Assembly (NCBI GenBank): GCA_963727255.1
Contig: CAVSFC010000002.1
Span: forward strand, 64,001-128,000
Direction: 5' to 3'
DNA from: an uncultured bacterium
Lineage (GTDB): Bacteria; Babelota; Babeliae; Babelales; Vermiphilaceae
Length of the DNA: 64,000 nucleotides
A program made the position numbers and the translations under genes. Shown here one piece after another: positions 1 to 8,743 of this stretch; the stretch's first letter is position 1; each line of letters starts with the position of its first letter. The notes below the pieces were generated by a model. It was not told where the DNA came from. It did not search any database and was given only the letters and a program-made list of their open reading frames with translations.

Positions 1-1
1 T

Positions 2-461
2 CATTATTTTATCGCCGATTGTGATAATTTTATTTACCCGTTTACCATAGAAAACGTAGCGAGCGTCAATTTGCCTATTGTTGCTCCTTTGCTTAATAGT
101 AATTGTGCCTACTCAAATTTTCATGCTGCCATTGATCCGAATGGCTATATGGCCGATTCTCCTATTTACTTACCACTGGTAAATCGCGAAATTAAAGGAT
201 TGGTACAAGTTCCGGTGGTTCATTGCACCTACTTTATTCATTATGATGTATCTACTTGAAATGTCTTATGATGATCAAAGCTATCGGTATGAGTATGTAA
301 TCTTTAGTGATAATGCACGCAAAAAAGGAATTCCTCAATATCTTGATACGCGCGAAGTCTATGGCTATGTCACTTTCGCTGAAAACACAACTGATTTAGT
401 TGCAGAACCATGGTTTTTAGGCTTTTGCATGGAAATGCAGCGATTGCGATTTAAGAGATAA
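2..461 (+). CDS. Glycosyltransferase domain resembling collagen galactosyltransferase/lysyl-hydroxylase GT domains; 5' truncated, frameshift near 250
   Basis: Frame 2 reads HYFIADCDNFI...PIVAPLL...YSNFHAAIDPNGY...VPVVHCTYFI and continues in ORF 243..461 (YEYVIFSDNARKKGIPQYLDTREVYGYV). DxD-like motif present. Confidence 0.6.
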
Positions 462-1131
462 GATCTTTCCGCACAAAAATGTCATCAACATGAACTCTGC
501 CAAATAACATAAAGCCATTGGCATACAAAATTTCTCGAAGTGATTCATCATTATAATCATTTTCAACGGTAATTACATCAATAGTAACTTTTGAAAAATC
601 AATGGTTTTAAGCACCTCAAGCTCATGCCCTTCAACATCAAGAGACAAAAAATCAACATGCGTGATGCCGTAATCCGAAAGGATGCTATCAAGCCGCACT
701 GCGGGAACCTGAATAACCTTGAGTTCGCCGCCAAAAGCAGCAATATCATTTAATACCGCAGTAAGTTTGTTTTGATTAAAGGTACCGCAAAGGCCACTTA
801 GCATTTCATCACATCCATCAACATGAAGGAATGGCAAATCCCCATTAATTCCAGAAACGCAGGCATTAATGCAAATGCAATCCCTGCATGCGTTTAGTTG
901 CTCAAATAAATGAGGAATTGGCTCAAAACAAATGCCCTTCCATCCAAGATCTTTTTCAAAAAACCATGTGTTGCTAAAACTTTGGCCATCATGAGCACCA
1001 ATGTCTAGGAAAAACCCTCCTTTACGATTATGAAACAACTGCTCATTTACAAATCGATCCTGGCCCGCCTGGCTTTTATAAGATGCTGAGATTGAAGATG
1101 TTATGAAAAGGCATGCCATCAAATATTTCAT
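451..1131 (-). CDS. FkbM-family SAM-dependent methyltransferase with N-terminal signal-like peptide
   Basis: SQAGQD, FFLDIGAHDG, SNTWFFE..GWKGICFEP and DFLSLDVEGHE motifs. Confidence 0.9.
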   Translation of the reverse strand: MKYLMACLFITSSISASYKSQAGQDRFVNEQLFHNRKGGFFLDIGAHDGQSFSNTWFFEKDLGWKGICFEPIPHLFEQLNACRDCICINACVSGINGDLPFLHVDGCDEMLSGLCGTFNQNKLTAVLNDIAAFGGELKVIQVPAVRLDSILSDYGITHVDFLSLDVEGHELEVLKTIDFSKVTIDVITVENDYNDESLREILYANGFMLFGRVHVDDIFVRKDLIS

Positions 1132-1143
1132 GTAAATCCTATC

Positions 1144-2397
1144 CTAAGCTGCCGCCGGTGACACCTTTGTTTCATTAATTCTTTTATTCAAATAAAATGA
1201 AAGATTATTAAACAGATGCGGATAATTTTCATGAACACGCAATGCTTCACGCACCGCATCTTCACCAACTTCAAATTCTCCAACATACCATGCACATTGG
1301 CCTAGAATATCCCAACGAGTAAATTCATAAGCCTCTTTTTCTACAAAAAGAGTATCATTCTTCGGATATGCAATATCACATGCACGTTTTGCAAAGAGGT
1401 ATGCGCATGCATGATTGCCTTCACTCAAATAATGTGCTGCGAGCCTAATGAGGGCTTCTGCGCGGGATGGACGCATCGTATATGCTTTTAGATAATTATC
1501 AAGCGCTTCAGCCCATTTGTTTGAACCATCTTCATTCTTCATGCGCTCGATAACTTGCGCCAAACGATAACGGGCCATCATATCTTCTTCATCCCAGCCG
1601 CGTAAACGAGTGCGGATATCATAATATTTAAATGCCTCATCTAATTGGCCTAAACAATCGCAGGTTTGCGCAAGATAAAATGAACTTCGAGAATCGGAAG
1701 TATTAGATTCAAATGCTTTTAGTAATAGCTCTTTATCTCGCTTCCAACGTTTTTGGGTTTTTTCAACTCCGTATCTGCCGGGGCGCAATTCAAAGGAGAC
1801 GGTATCTGGAGTTTTAAAACGAGTTCCAATCATAATTGTTTCATGTACCACTCCGCCAAAGCGCAATCCAGAACGGCATCGAATCAATCGCTGAGTTCCA
1901 AAATCAAGATCGGTTGAGACAATACGAACAAGATAGGATCCCGCGCTCGGATTATTAAGTTCAGCTTCACAAAATGCCAGTAATTCAGGAACCCCATGCA
2001 AATACCATTCCGCATCAGGCATGAGCATAAATGCAGCATTCGGGAAATTTCTTTCTACAATATCAAGCGCTTTATTACGCGATGTTGCAAAATCAACGAA
2101 CGGCTCTTGAATAATGTAGTAATTGGAGATGCGATAATCAGTAAAGAGCTCTTTTGCTTTTTGCATGGTTGAGCTCCATGGATCAAGGCCGGTATCATAA
2201 ACCACATAGGCTATTTTTTTACCCTCAGGATCAGCCTTACAATACATTTCAAGTGTCGGCCTGATTACTTCAGTTTCATCTTTAACCATGATCACCACTA
2301 CTAAAAGCGGATCATATTTTTGATCAACCGTTGCAAAATTGGTATTTTGAAATGAAATTACGAGTAAAAAACTTAAGAGTACACGAAGAGACTTCAT
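1144..2397 (-). CDS. GT2-like glycosyltransferase with C-terminal TPR repeats and signal peptide
   Basis: VIMVKDE, VYDTG, FVDFATSRNKAL, LMPDAEW and GVVHE motifs; TPR-like helices (FYLAQT, RPSRAEAL). Confidence 0.85.
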   Translation of the reverse strand: MKSLRVLLSFLLVISFQNTNFATVDQKYDPLLVVVIMVKDETEVIRPTLEMYCKADPEGKKIAYVVYDTGLDPWSSTMQKAKELFTDYRISNYYIIQEPFVDFATSRNKALDIVERNFPNAAFMLMPDAEWYLHGVPELLAFCEAELNNPSAGSYLVRIVSTDLDFGTQRLIRCRSGLRFGGVVHETIMIGTRFKTPDTVSFELRPGRYGVEKTQKRWKRDKELLLKAFESNTSDSRSSFYLAQTCDCLGQLDEAFKYYDIRTRLRGWDEEDMMARYRLAQVIERMKNEDGSNKWAEALDNYLKAYTMRPSRAEALIRLAAHYLSEGNHACAYLFAKRACDIAYPKNDTLFVEKEAYEFTRWDILGQCAWYVGEFEVGEDAVREALRVHENYPHLFNNLSFYLNKRINETKVSPAAA

Positions 2398-2562
2398 TCT
2401 ACTTCCTTTTTATTATTCTCTCTCTGTTCTAACTGCTCAATGTGTCTTTTTTCTAACTTGCTGTATTTATAAAACACAAATTTTAAAATGTCTACCGGTA
2501 AATAGAATTTTCGGTATAATGAATTAGAATGCTTTGGACGCAACTCAGCTAACGGAATTTAT

Positions 2563-3507
2563 ATGTTTTTAATTATTTTATTATATGCCCTCTTTGGCAG
2601 TTCTTTTCCCATAAGCAAAACACTTCTGGGATTCTCTGACCCGATTTTTTTAACCGGTATTCGCATGTTTATTGCCGGATCGATTCTGCTGATCTATCAA
2701 TACTGTTTTGCCCATCATCATTTTGTATTTAAATGGAGGCACGCGTTGCTCTATGCACAAGTGATTATTTTTGGCGTATATTTGACGTACATTTTACGCT
2801 TCTGGGGGCTCGCTTATTTAGCATCAGCTAAAACCGCATTTTTATTCAATGTGGCACCTTTTTTTGCAGCGCTTTATTCCTATATCTCGTTCAGAGAAAA
2901 GCTAACGCGCCAGCAATGGTTAGGCTTATTGATCGGGTTTATCGGCTTATTTCCAATACTGCTCTCAAGCTCAGGGCCTGAAAAAAGACTGGGGGAATTT
3001 TTCTTTATCTCCTGGCCAGAAATTGCAGTACTTGCAGCCGTTGCCTGCCACAATTATAGTTGGATAATTATGCGCAAATTAGTGCGCGATAAAAGCTATG
3101 CACCATCTATGGTAAATGGGCTTACTATGTTTATCGGTGGCGTTATGGCGCTTATTACCGCCTACTTTACCGAAGGCCCTCAAGAAATGGGTGATCCGGG
3201 TGCCTTTTTGAGCTTGCTCATTTTAGTGATATTGATCAGCAATATTATTTGCCATAATTTGTATGCGCATTTGCTTCGCAAATATTCGGCGACATTCCTG
3301 GCTTTTGCCGGCTTTTTAGGGCCACTCTTTTCAGCATTTTATGGCTGGATATTTCTTGGCGAGATTATCACGTGGCATTTTTATCTTTCTGCCGTGATTG
3401 TTTTTGTGGGACTGTATCTGTTTTACCAGCATGAACTCAAGCTCAGCGGCATTGGCAAGAAAGAAGAAGAAGAAAAAATCCAACCATTGGACCCCGAAAG
3501 TATTTAA
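2563..3507 (+). CDS. DMT/EamA-family transporter (chlamydial SAM/SAH transporter-like)
   Basis: About 10 hydrophobic helices; EamA signatures FREKLT..QWLGLLIGFIG and GWIFLGE. Confidence 0.85.
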   Translation: MFLIILLYALFGSSFPISKTLLGFSDPIFLTGIRMFIAGSILLIYQYCFAHHHFVFKWRHALLYAQVIIFGVYLTYILRFWGLAYLASAKTAFLFNVAPFFAALYSYISFREKLTRQQWLGLLIGFIGLFPILLSSSGPEKRLGEFFFISWPEIAVLAAVACHNYSWIIMRKLVRDKSYAPSMVNGLTMFIGGVMALITAYFTEGPQEMGDPGAFLSLLILVILISNIICHNLYAHLLRKYSATFLAFAGFLGPLFSAFYGWIFLGEIITWHFYLSAVIVFVGLYLFYQHELKLSGIGKKEEEEKIQPLDPESI

Positions 3508-4175
3508 TTATTTTCTATTAAAACGGTTTGCATCATAAACCCTCCAGATCTATATGAAAAGATCTTTATACAAGAAATATTAAATGGAGGCTTTGTTAAA
3601 TCCAATGGTCTATAATCTCCTCGCTGTATGTCTGCATTGTCACTACTCAAGGTATCATAATCAACCCCATTGGTTATGAGGCAATATTTATATTTTTTAA
3701 ATTGTGCACTTATCACAAGAATGTCTTCATTAGTTAAATGTTGTAATACATCTTTGCAAAGCAGCAGCTCTGCAGAAGGAAGATCGCAAAGCAAAGCATC
3801 TGCGCACTCAAAATGAATAGTATCGTATTCATACCGTTCTTTATTTTTTTTAATCACACGTGGTACTGCATCAAGACCAAGATAGTCGATACCATTCCAA
3901 TTAATAAATTTTGAAAATTCCCAATCGCCACAGCCCAGATCTAGAACTGACGTAATTCCATATTCTTTAAGAAATTTTTGAATAAAATCGCGGTATTCAT
4001 TGGTTGTTTCGCAACTGGAGCCTCCGCCTGACCATCCTTCACCCGCATCATTAACTCCCCATATTTTGTTTTCGTAAATTTCGGAGAATACCTGCTTAAC
4101 CGATGCGCCCAAATAATTGATCTCACTAGATGATAAACAAACTAAGAGAAGAAAAAGAAACTTTTTTTCATTCAT
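3504..4175 (-). CDS. Class I SAM-dependent methyltransferase with signal-like N-terminus
   Basis: FSEIYENKIW..SGGGS, SVLDLGCGDW, YLGLD, LLLCKDVLQHL; likely start MNEKKFLF. Confidence 0.85.
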   Translation of the reverse strand: MNEKKFLFLLLVCLSSSEINYLGASVKQVFSEIYENKIWGVNDAGEGWSGGGSSCETTNEYRDFIQKFLKEYGITSVLDLGCGDWEFSKFINWNGIDYLGLDAVPRVIKKNKERYEYDTIHFECADALLCDLPSAELLLCKDVLQHLTNEDILVISAQFKKYKYCLITNGVDYDTLSSDNADIQRGDYRPLDLTKPPFNISCIKIFSYRSGGFMMQTVLIENN

Positions 4176-4289
4176 TAAAACTCCTTCATCTCCATTCAAT
4201 AAGTTATCTACAAATCATCATTAATGTGTCAAATAACCTATCATGCCTGCTTGAATAAACTAGATACAAAACATAAGAAATTGATCAAA

Positions 4290-5345
4290 TTACTCTTCAT
4301 TTATAGGATTTTCAACTTTAGTAAATTTGGCCTTAAACCAGCGCAATGGATGGAAATGGCCGTGACTGATTTTATTAATCTCATCTTGATAAAAGATTAA
4401 TAGTCCTATGAAAGTAACGCAGGATGCCGCCAAGAAGTTAAGAGAAAGTGGCTCGCCTAATAATAAGCCACCAAAAAGATACACATATAATGGAACTGAA
4501 AACCCTGCCAGTGAAACAAAAGTCGCTGAATGGCATTTGAGATATCCGGCATACATCGTATAACCGATTACATTTCCAACAATAATCGTATGCAAGATCG
4601 AATAGAGTATCATCGTAGTATTAGTCTCGGGAGTTATCGTGGTATGTAAAAAACTTGTTGCATCAGCAAATGTATATGAAGGCATAATAGCTGCAAGAAG
4701 TGGTATTAATCCCAGTACTGCGATTGTGCTCGCAAAAATAAAAGGCATTATAAATACCATCACACCGCTAATGGTCATGAGCAGACCATTAAGTTCAGGC
4801 GCGGTATACCGTTCTTTACGCAGTAATTGTTGCACAAACATCCAACCAAGCCGGCCGATTGCCATGGCAAGCAATGCAGCAATCTCAGGATATGAAAATA
4901 CTGACCAGGCAATTAACGATTGTTCACTTACTGATGAAGAGATGATAAGTATAAAGGTTCCGGCAAATCCTAAAATTATACCGATCACTTTTTTCTTAGT
5001 TAAATGTTCGCTCCAGAAGAAGTATGCATAAAGAGCAGTAACAAACGGATCAAGGCTTGAAAGAAAAGCTGCTTTTGAAGAAAGCATATTTTTAAGCGCA
5101 TAGGCTTTAAAAAGCGCAGGAACTAGCATCGTTAATAATGAAATGCCCAACAGAATGAACATATCATGTTTAAAATAGGCAAACGATAAGCGATGAGATT
5201 TTCTGCGATAAAAAAGCGTTAAAATAATGCCTGCACAAAGCATGCGCAAGCCTACCATGAGCGATGGGGTTAGCACCGAAAGAGCATATTTATTCGCAAC
5301 GGTGGAACTTGCCATAAAGGCAAAGCCTAAAAATACGTCAAACAT
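4290..5345 (-). CDS. DMT/EamA-family transporter
   Basis: Multiple TM helices; paralogous to 2563..3507 (KAAFL..PF..ALYAY..E.LT; SYPEIAAL; SATF). Confidence 0.85.
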   Translation of the reverse strand: MFDVFLGFAFMASSTVANKYALSVLTPSLMVGLRMLCAGIILTLFYRRKSHRLSFAYFKHDMFILLGISLLTMLVPALFKAYALKNMLSSKAAFLSSLDPFVTALYAYFFWSEHLTKKKVIGIILGFAGTFILIISSSVSEQSLIAWSVFSYPEIAALLAMAIGRLGWMFVQQLLRKERYTAPELNGLLMTISGVMVFIMPFIFASTIAVLGLIPLLAAIMPSYTFADATSFLHTTITPETNTTMILYSILHTIIVGNVIGYTMYAGYLKCHSATFVSLAGFSVPLYVYLFGGLLLGEPLSLNFLAASCVTFIGLLIFYQDEINKISHGHFHPLRWFKAKFTKVENPINEE

Positions 5346-5400
5346 TATTCTTTTCTTTTGTTAAAGGATTGCCGCCCTACTAACCCGCGTAGGCGTAGTC

Positions 5401-5487
5401 TGGTGCCGAGAGCCGGATTCGAACCGGCACAGTGTTGCCACCGCAGGCACCTGAAGCCTGTGCGTCTACCAATTTCGCCATCTCGGC
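5401..5487 (-). tRNA. tRNA-Leu(CAG)
   Basis: GCCGAGA/TCTCGGC acceptor stem, CAGGC-TTCAGGT-GCCTG anticodon arm, long variable arm, GTTCGAAT T-loop, encoded CCA. Confidence 0.95.
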
Positions 5488-5577
5488 AAACATTTCAAAT
5501 TCCAAATTTAAGAATAAGAATAAAGATGCACAAAGAAAATGCAATGTTTCAGGCCCGTTCGAAGTATATTTTGTTTT

Positions 5578-5935
5578 TTAAAACTCAGCCCCATTCATCC
5601 TGAGCCCGTCGAAGGACTTGCCTGAGAGGAAGTGAATATGGCTATGAAAAACCATCTGCCCAGCATCCGCGCCATTATTGACCAAAAGCTTAAAGGATTT
5701 TGATCCGGGCAAGTCTTGGGCAAGCTGTTTTGCCATGAGCAACATTTGGCCAGCTAAATTTGTATCCGATTCTTGGAAACCGGTAATATCCGCAACATGC
5801 TTTTTAGGCATAATTAAATAGTGAATGGGAGCTTTGGGATTGATATCTTTAATCACTAATAATCTGATCAGTTTCAGCAATAATAGTTGAAGGAATCTGT
5901 TTAGCGATGATTTTGCAAAAGATACAGGACTGCAT
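5578..5935 (-). CDS. hinT: HIT-family (histidine triad) nucleotide-binding protein, frameshift near 5860
   Basis: MQSCIFCKIIAKQIPS start, then DINPKAPIHYLIMPKKH and GQMVFHSHIHFL. Confidence 0.9.
5591..5616. repeat. Short palindromic repeat, family A, inside the hinT 3' end
   Basis: CCATTCATCCTGAGCCCGTCGAAGGA; matches copies at 5954, 7686 and 21000. Confidence 0.8.
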
Positions 5936-5953
5936 AAGAAATTTCTACACTTT

Positions 5954-6283
5954 CCGCTCGCCCTTAGCTTGTCGAAGGGTGCAAGTTATTCTTATATGAC
6001 AAAGATCGCTCGAATGGTTCGACGAGCTCACCACGAGCGGTATAGAAACTAATTTCGTTTTAAGAACTTTTTTGCGATCAGCCCAGCCTATGCTTATCCG
6101 GGCCTTCCGGCTCGGCAACCCCTCGACTGCGCTCGGGATTAAACGCGTCCTTCCGCTCATCCTGAGGAGCATCGTTAGATGCATCTCGAAGGACGGCGGG
6201 CAGTCTTCGCATCTTTCTTTTAATCTTATTTGTTCTACCTACTTAAGCGGCGCAGCCAGGCGTAGCCCCTTGCGGGCGAAGAC
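5954..6283. repeat. Cluster of REP-like palindromic repeats (families A, B, C)
   Basis: CCGCTCGCCCTTAGCTTGTCGAAGGG (5954), TGGTTCGACGAGCTCACCACGAGCGG (6015), CCAGCCTATGCTTATCCGGGCCTTCCGGCTCGGCAAC (6083), CCGCTCATCCTGAGGAGCATC..GATGCATCTCGAAGGACG (6153), GGCGTAGCCCCTTGCGGGCGAAGAC (6259). Confidence 0.8.
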
Positions 6284-6371
6284 TGGTGCCGGGGGTCGGA
6301 CTCGAACCGACATGATGTCAAACATCGCTGGATTTTGAGTCCAGTGCGTCTACCAATTCCGCCATCCCGGC
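6284..6371 (-). tRNA. tRNA-Leu(CAA)
   Basis: GCCGGGA acceptor strand, CTGGA-CTCAAAA-TCCAG anticodon arm, long variable arm, encoded CCA. Confidence 0.95.
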
Positions 6372-6427
6372 AAATATGGTACTAGATTAAAGTAAATCAG
6401 ATCACGCGTCAATGCAAAATGCGTATT

Positions 6428-7618
6428 TTAAACTGCATAACTTAAGCTCATAATTGGCGTATAAAGCGCGAGAATTAATCCGGTGATCATGAGGCCAAGA
6501 ATGATAAGTAAAAATGGCTGGAAAAGTGTGTTAATTCGCGATAGCTTTTGAATTAATCGCTGCTGATAAATAGCAACCATGCGGCCAAGCATCGGCGCCA
6601 ATTGGCTCGATTCTTGGCCAACCTTGAGCAATGAGATCATATCTTGCGGGCATAACTGCTCATAGCCTTTCAGCGCATCTGCAAGAGATTCTCCGGCATT
6701 GATCTCTTGAGTTACATTTTCTATAGATTGTTTTATCACCAAGTTATTAATTGTTTCTTTTGCAATGGTTACCGCTTTTACCAAAGGCATTCCTCCTTGC
6801 AAAAGGAGTGCAGTCGCTTGGAAAAAACCTGCCATAGTTTGGTTTATTATCAAAGAGCGTATGAACGGGATTCGCATTATGAGAGTATCACATGTTCTTT
6901 TGCCCGGTTTGGTTTTAAGATACTGGCGCACCCCATACCCAAGCAATAAAAAACTTGCCGCCAAATAGATCAAATTTCCTCCTCTTAAAAAATTGCTTAC
7001 CCTTAGCATGGCCAAGGTGGCCCCGGGCAAATCTTTTTGCATTGAAGCGAAAATTGAAGCAAATTGAGGCACGATCACGATGAGCATAATGCAGATGATC
7101 GCTAGAAAGAATCCGAATGTAACCAATGGTAACAATAGTGCACTTGTTAAACGGCGCTTAAACTGCGCAACCGCTTCCAAATGATCGGATAATACTTGCA
7201 ACGTATCGGACAAGCTTCCTGATTCCTGCCCCACGCATGCCATTTGAATAATAAGTGGCTGAAATATTTTTGTATGTTTTTGCAGAGCATGAGGCAAAGC
7301 TACTCCGTGCTCAACCTGATCTGCGACATTATGCGCAATCATTGCAAAATTCGGTTGAGCCGTTTGATCCGCTACTAGTCTTAGAGCTTTTGGCAAAAGC
7401 ATCCCTGCCTTCATGAGCATTGCAAGCTGGACCATATAATCAATTTTTGATTGCAGAGAAATTGGCTTTTGCCAGAGCAATTTTTTTACCGAACATGCAA
7501 GTAATGCTATATCTTTTTTTAGCAAAACCGCATCAAGATCTTCTTTGCTTTGAGCAAACAGGGCCCCTTTGCGAATTTTGGCAGATAAATCAATCCCTTT
7601 CCATGCAAAATATGGCAT
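6428..7618 (-). CDS. pilC: Type II secretion/type IV pilus inner-membrane platform protein (GspF/PilC)
   Basis: MPYFAWKG start, QLAMLMKAG, GQESGSL, second domain LLQGGMPL..GESLA..GQES, C-terminal ALYTPI. Confidence 0.9.
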   Translation of the reverse strand: MPYFAWKGIDLSAKIRKGALFAQSKEDLDAVLLKKDIALLACSVKKLLWQKPISLQSKIDYMVQLAMLMKAGMLLPKALRLVADQTAQPNFAMIAHNVADQVEHGVALPHALQKHTKIFQPLIIQMACVGQESGSLSDTLQVLSDHLEAVAQFKRRLTSALLLPLVTFGFFLAIICIMLIVIVPQFASIFASMQKDLPGATLAMLRVSNFLRGGNLIYLAASFLLLGYGVRQYLKTKPGKRTCDTLIMRIPFIRSLIINQTMAGFFQATALLLQGGMPLVKAVTIAKETINNLVIKQSIENVTQEINAGESLADALKGYEQLCPQDMISLLKVGQESSQLAPMLGRMVAIYQQRLIQKLSRINTLFQPFLLIILGLMITGLILALYTPIMSLSYAV

Positions 7619-7642
7619 ACAAGTTCCTTAATTTTGCTCGCA

Positions 7643-7720
7643 CCCTTCGACAGGCTCAGGGTGAGCGGACAAAGAGCATTCATCTCCGCTCGTCCTGAGC
7701 TCGTCGAAGGATTCGAGCGG
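7643..7720. repeat. Inverted pair of family A palindromic repeats
   Basis: CCCTTCGACAGGCTCAGGGTGAGCGG and CCGCTCGTCCTGAGCTCGTCGAAGG. Confidence 0.85.
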
Positions 7721-7722
7721 TT

Positions 7723-8019
7723 TCAATTTCGTTCAAACAACGAAGTTTGCTCCTCGATCCCCAAAGCTTTTAATATCTGCTCATACCTTAATTCGGCATT
7801 AATTTTAATCCGCTTAATTCTACTGGTGGCTCCCGATATAATCCCCACTTGCGTCTGCGGTAATCGTAAGGCCCTTGCAATTGTTTTTACGAGCTCTTCA
7901 TTGGCAAGCCCTTTTTCAGGAGGGCTTTTGAGGTAGGCTTTAAGAATGCCCGATTTATCAACTAGCCATTTGCTCTTGCCTGAAGAGGGGACAACTTTGA
8001 TTTGAATTATGAGTGACAT
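7723..8019 (-). CDS. DUF167/YggU-family protein
   Basis: IKVVPSS..LKSPPEKGLANEEL..IISGATSRIK; likely start MSLIIQ. Confidence 0.85.
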   Translation of the reverse strand: MSLIIQIKVVPSSGKSKWLVDKSGILKAYLKSPPEKGLANEELVKTIARALRLPQTQVGIISGATSRIKRIKINAELRYEQILKALGIEEQTSLFERN

Positions 8020-8117
8020 TATGATCCCTGAGATCCTCTTTTTTTTGGCACAATAAAAATAGCTTGGTTTAGCATAGGCAATGCTTGCATAAAATGGCAA
8101 ATACTTTATCCTTTTTA

Positions 8118-8193
8118 TGGTTCGATATGTCCAGCCTACGCTTATCCGGGCTTTCCAGCTCGGCAAGCTTCGGCGGACACTCACCATGAATGG
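8118..8193. repeat. Family A repeat interrupted by a family B repeat
   Basis: TGGTTCGATA-TGTCC[34 bp family B]GCTTCGGCGGACA-CTCACCATGAATGG. Confidence 0.75.
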
Positions 8194-8205
8194 CATAAAA
8201 ATTAG

Positions 8206-8296
8206 GGAGAGATGGCTGAGTGGCCTAAAGCGCTTGCCTGCTAAGCAAGAGCTCCGGAAATGGGGCACGAGGGTTCGAATCCCTCTCTCTCCACCA
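8206..8296 (+). tRNA. tRNA-Ser(GCT)
   Basis: GGAGAGA/TCTCTCC acceptor stem, CTTGC-CTGCTAA-GCAAG anticodon arm, long variable arm, encoded CCA. Confidence 0.95.
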
Positions 8297-8434
8297 GGCT
8301 ACGCTTATCCGGGGCTTCCGCCTCGGCAAGCTCCGCCCGGCACGGCCAGCCTTTTAAAAGATTGATATTAATAAAAAAATTGAGCGATGTGCCCGGCAGC
8401 CTGCCCGCCATAGCTCTGAAAGAGCGTCGGCTGG
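8294..8434. repeat. Palindromic repeats downstream of tRNA-Ser (family B/C hybrid and family D)
   Basis: CCAGGCTACGCTTATCCGGGGCTTCCGCCTCGGCAAGC and CCTGCCCGCCATAGCTCTGAAAGAGCGTCGGCTGG. Confidence 0.7.
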
Positions 8435-8535
8435 GAAGCAGCAACTTCTTTAGTTATTGACAATGAGCGAAGTGGAAGCGAAGCCTGGGCAACCGAGTTA
8501 AAATGAGCTTTTTTTCTTGAAATACAAATAATATT

Positions 8536-8609
8536 GCGCCTATAGCTCAACTGGATAGAGCGTCAGACTACGGATCTGAAGGTTAAAGGTTCGACTCCTT
8601 TTAGGCGCA
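8536..8609 (+). tRNA. tRNA-Arg(ACG)
   Basis: GCGCCTA/TAGGCGC acceptor stem, TCAGA-CTACGGA-TCTGA anticodon arm; CCA not encoded. Confidence 0.95.
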
Positions 8610-8743
8610 CATTTAATTTTTTTGGGGATCTTATGAACTCTACTAATCTTTTTTGGTCAATACCAAGTATTTTAGACTTCTTGTTTAAGTTATATGAAGC
8701 ATCATTGTTGAGTTATCATTTAAACTTATTAAAGAGGTGCTCT

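Noticed and set aside
5945..6338. ORFs 5945..6184, 6072..6338 and similar (5358, 7634, 8117, 8241, 8260, 60881, 60906)
   Set aside because: Translations of palindromic repeats and tRNAs (PFDRLR, LVEG, GFEP peptides); no independent coding evidence.
7723..8268. 181-aa extended YggU ORF
   Set aside because: The extension runs through a repeat and tRNA-Ser; family similarity starts at MSLIIQ (8019).
5954..8434. Possible CRISPR array
   Set aside because: Repeats are heterogeneous, in both orientations, irregularly spaced, with no unique-spacer periodicity and no cas genes.
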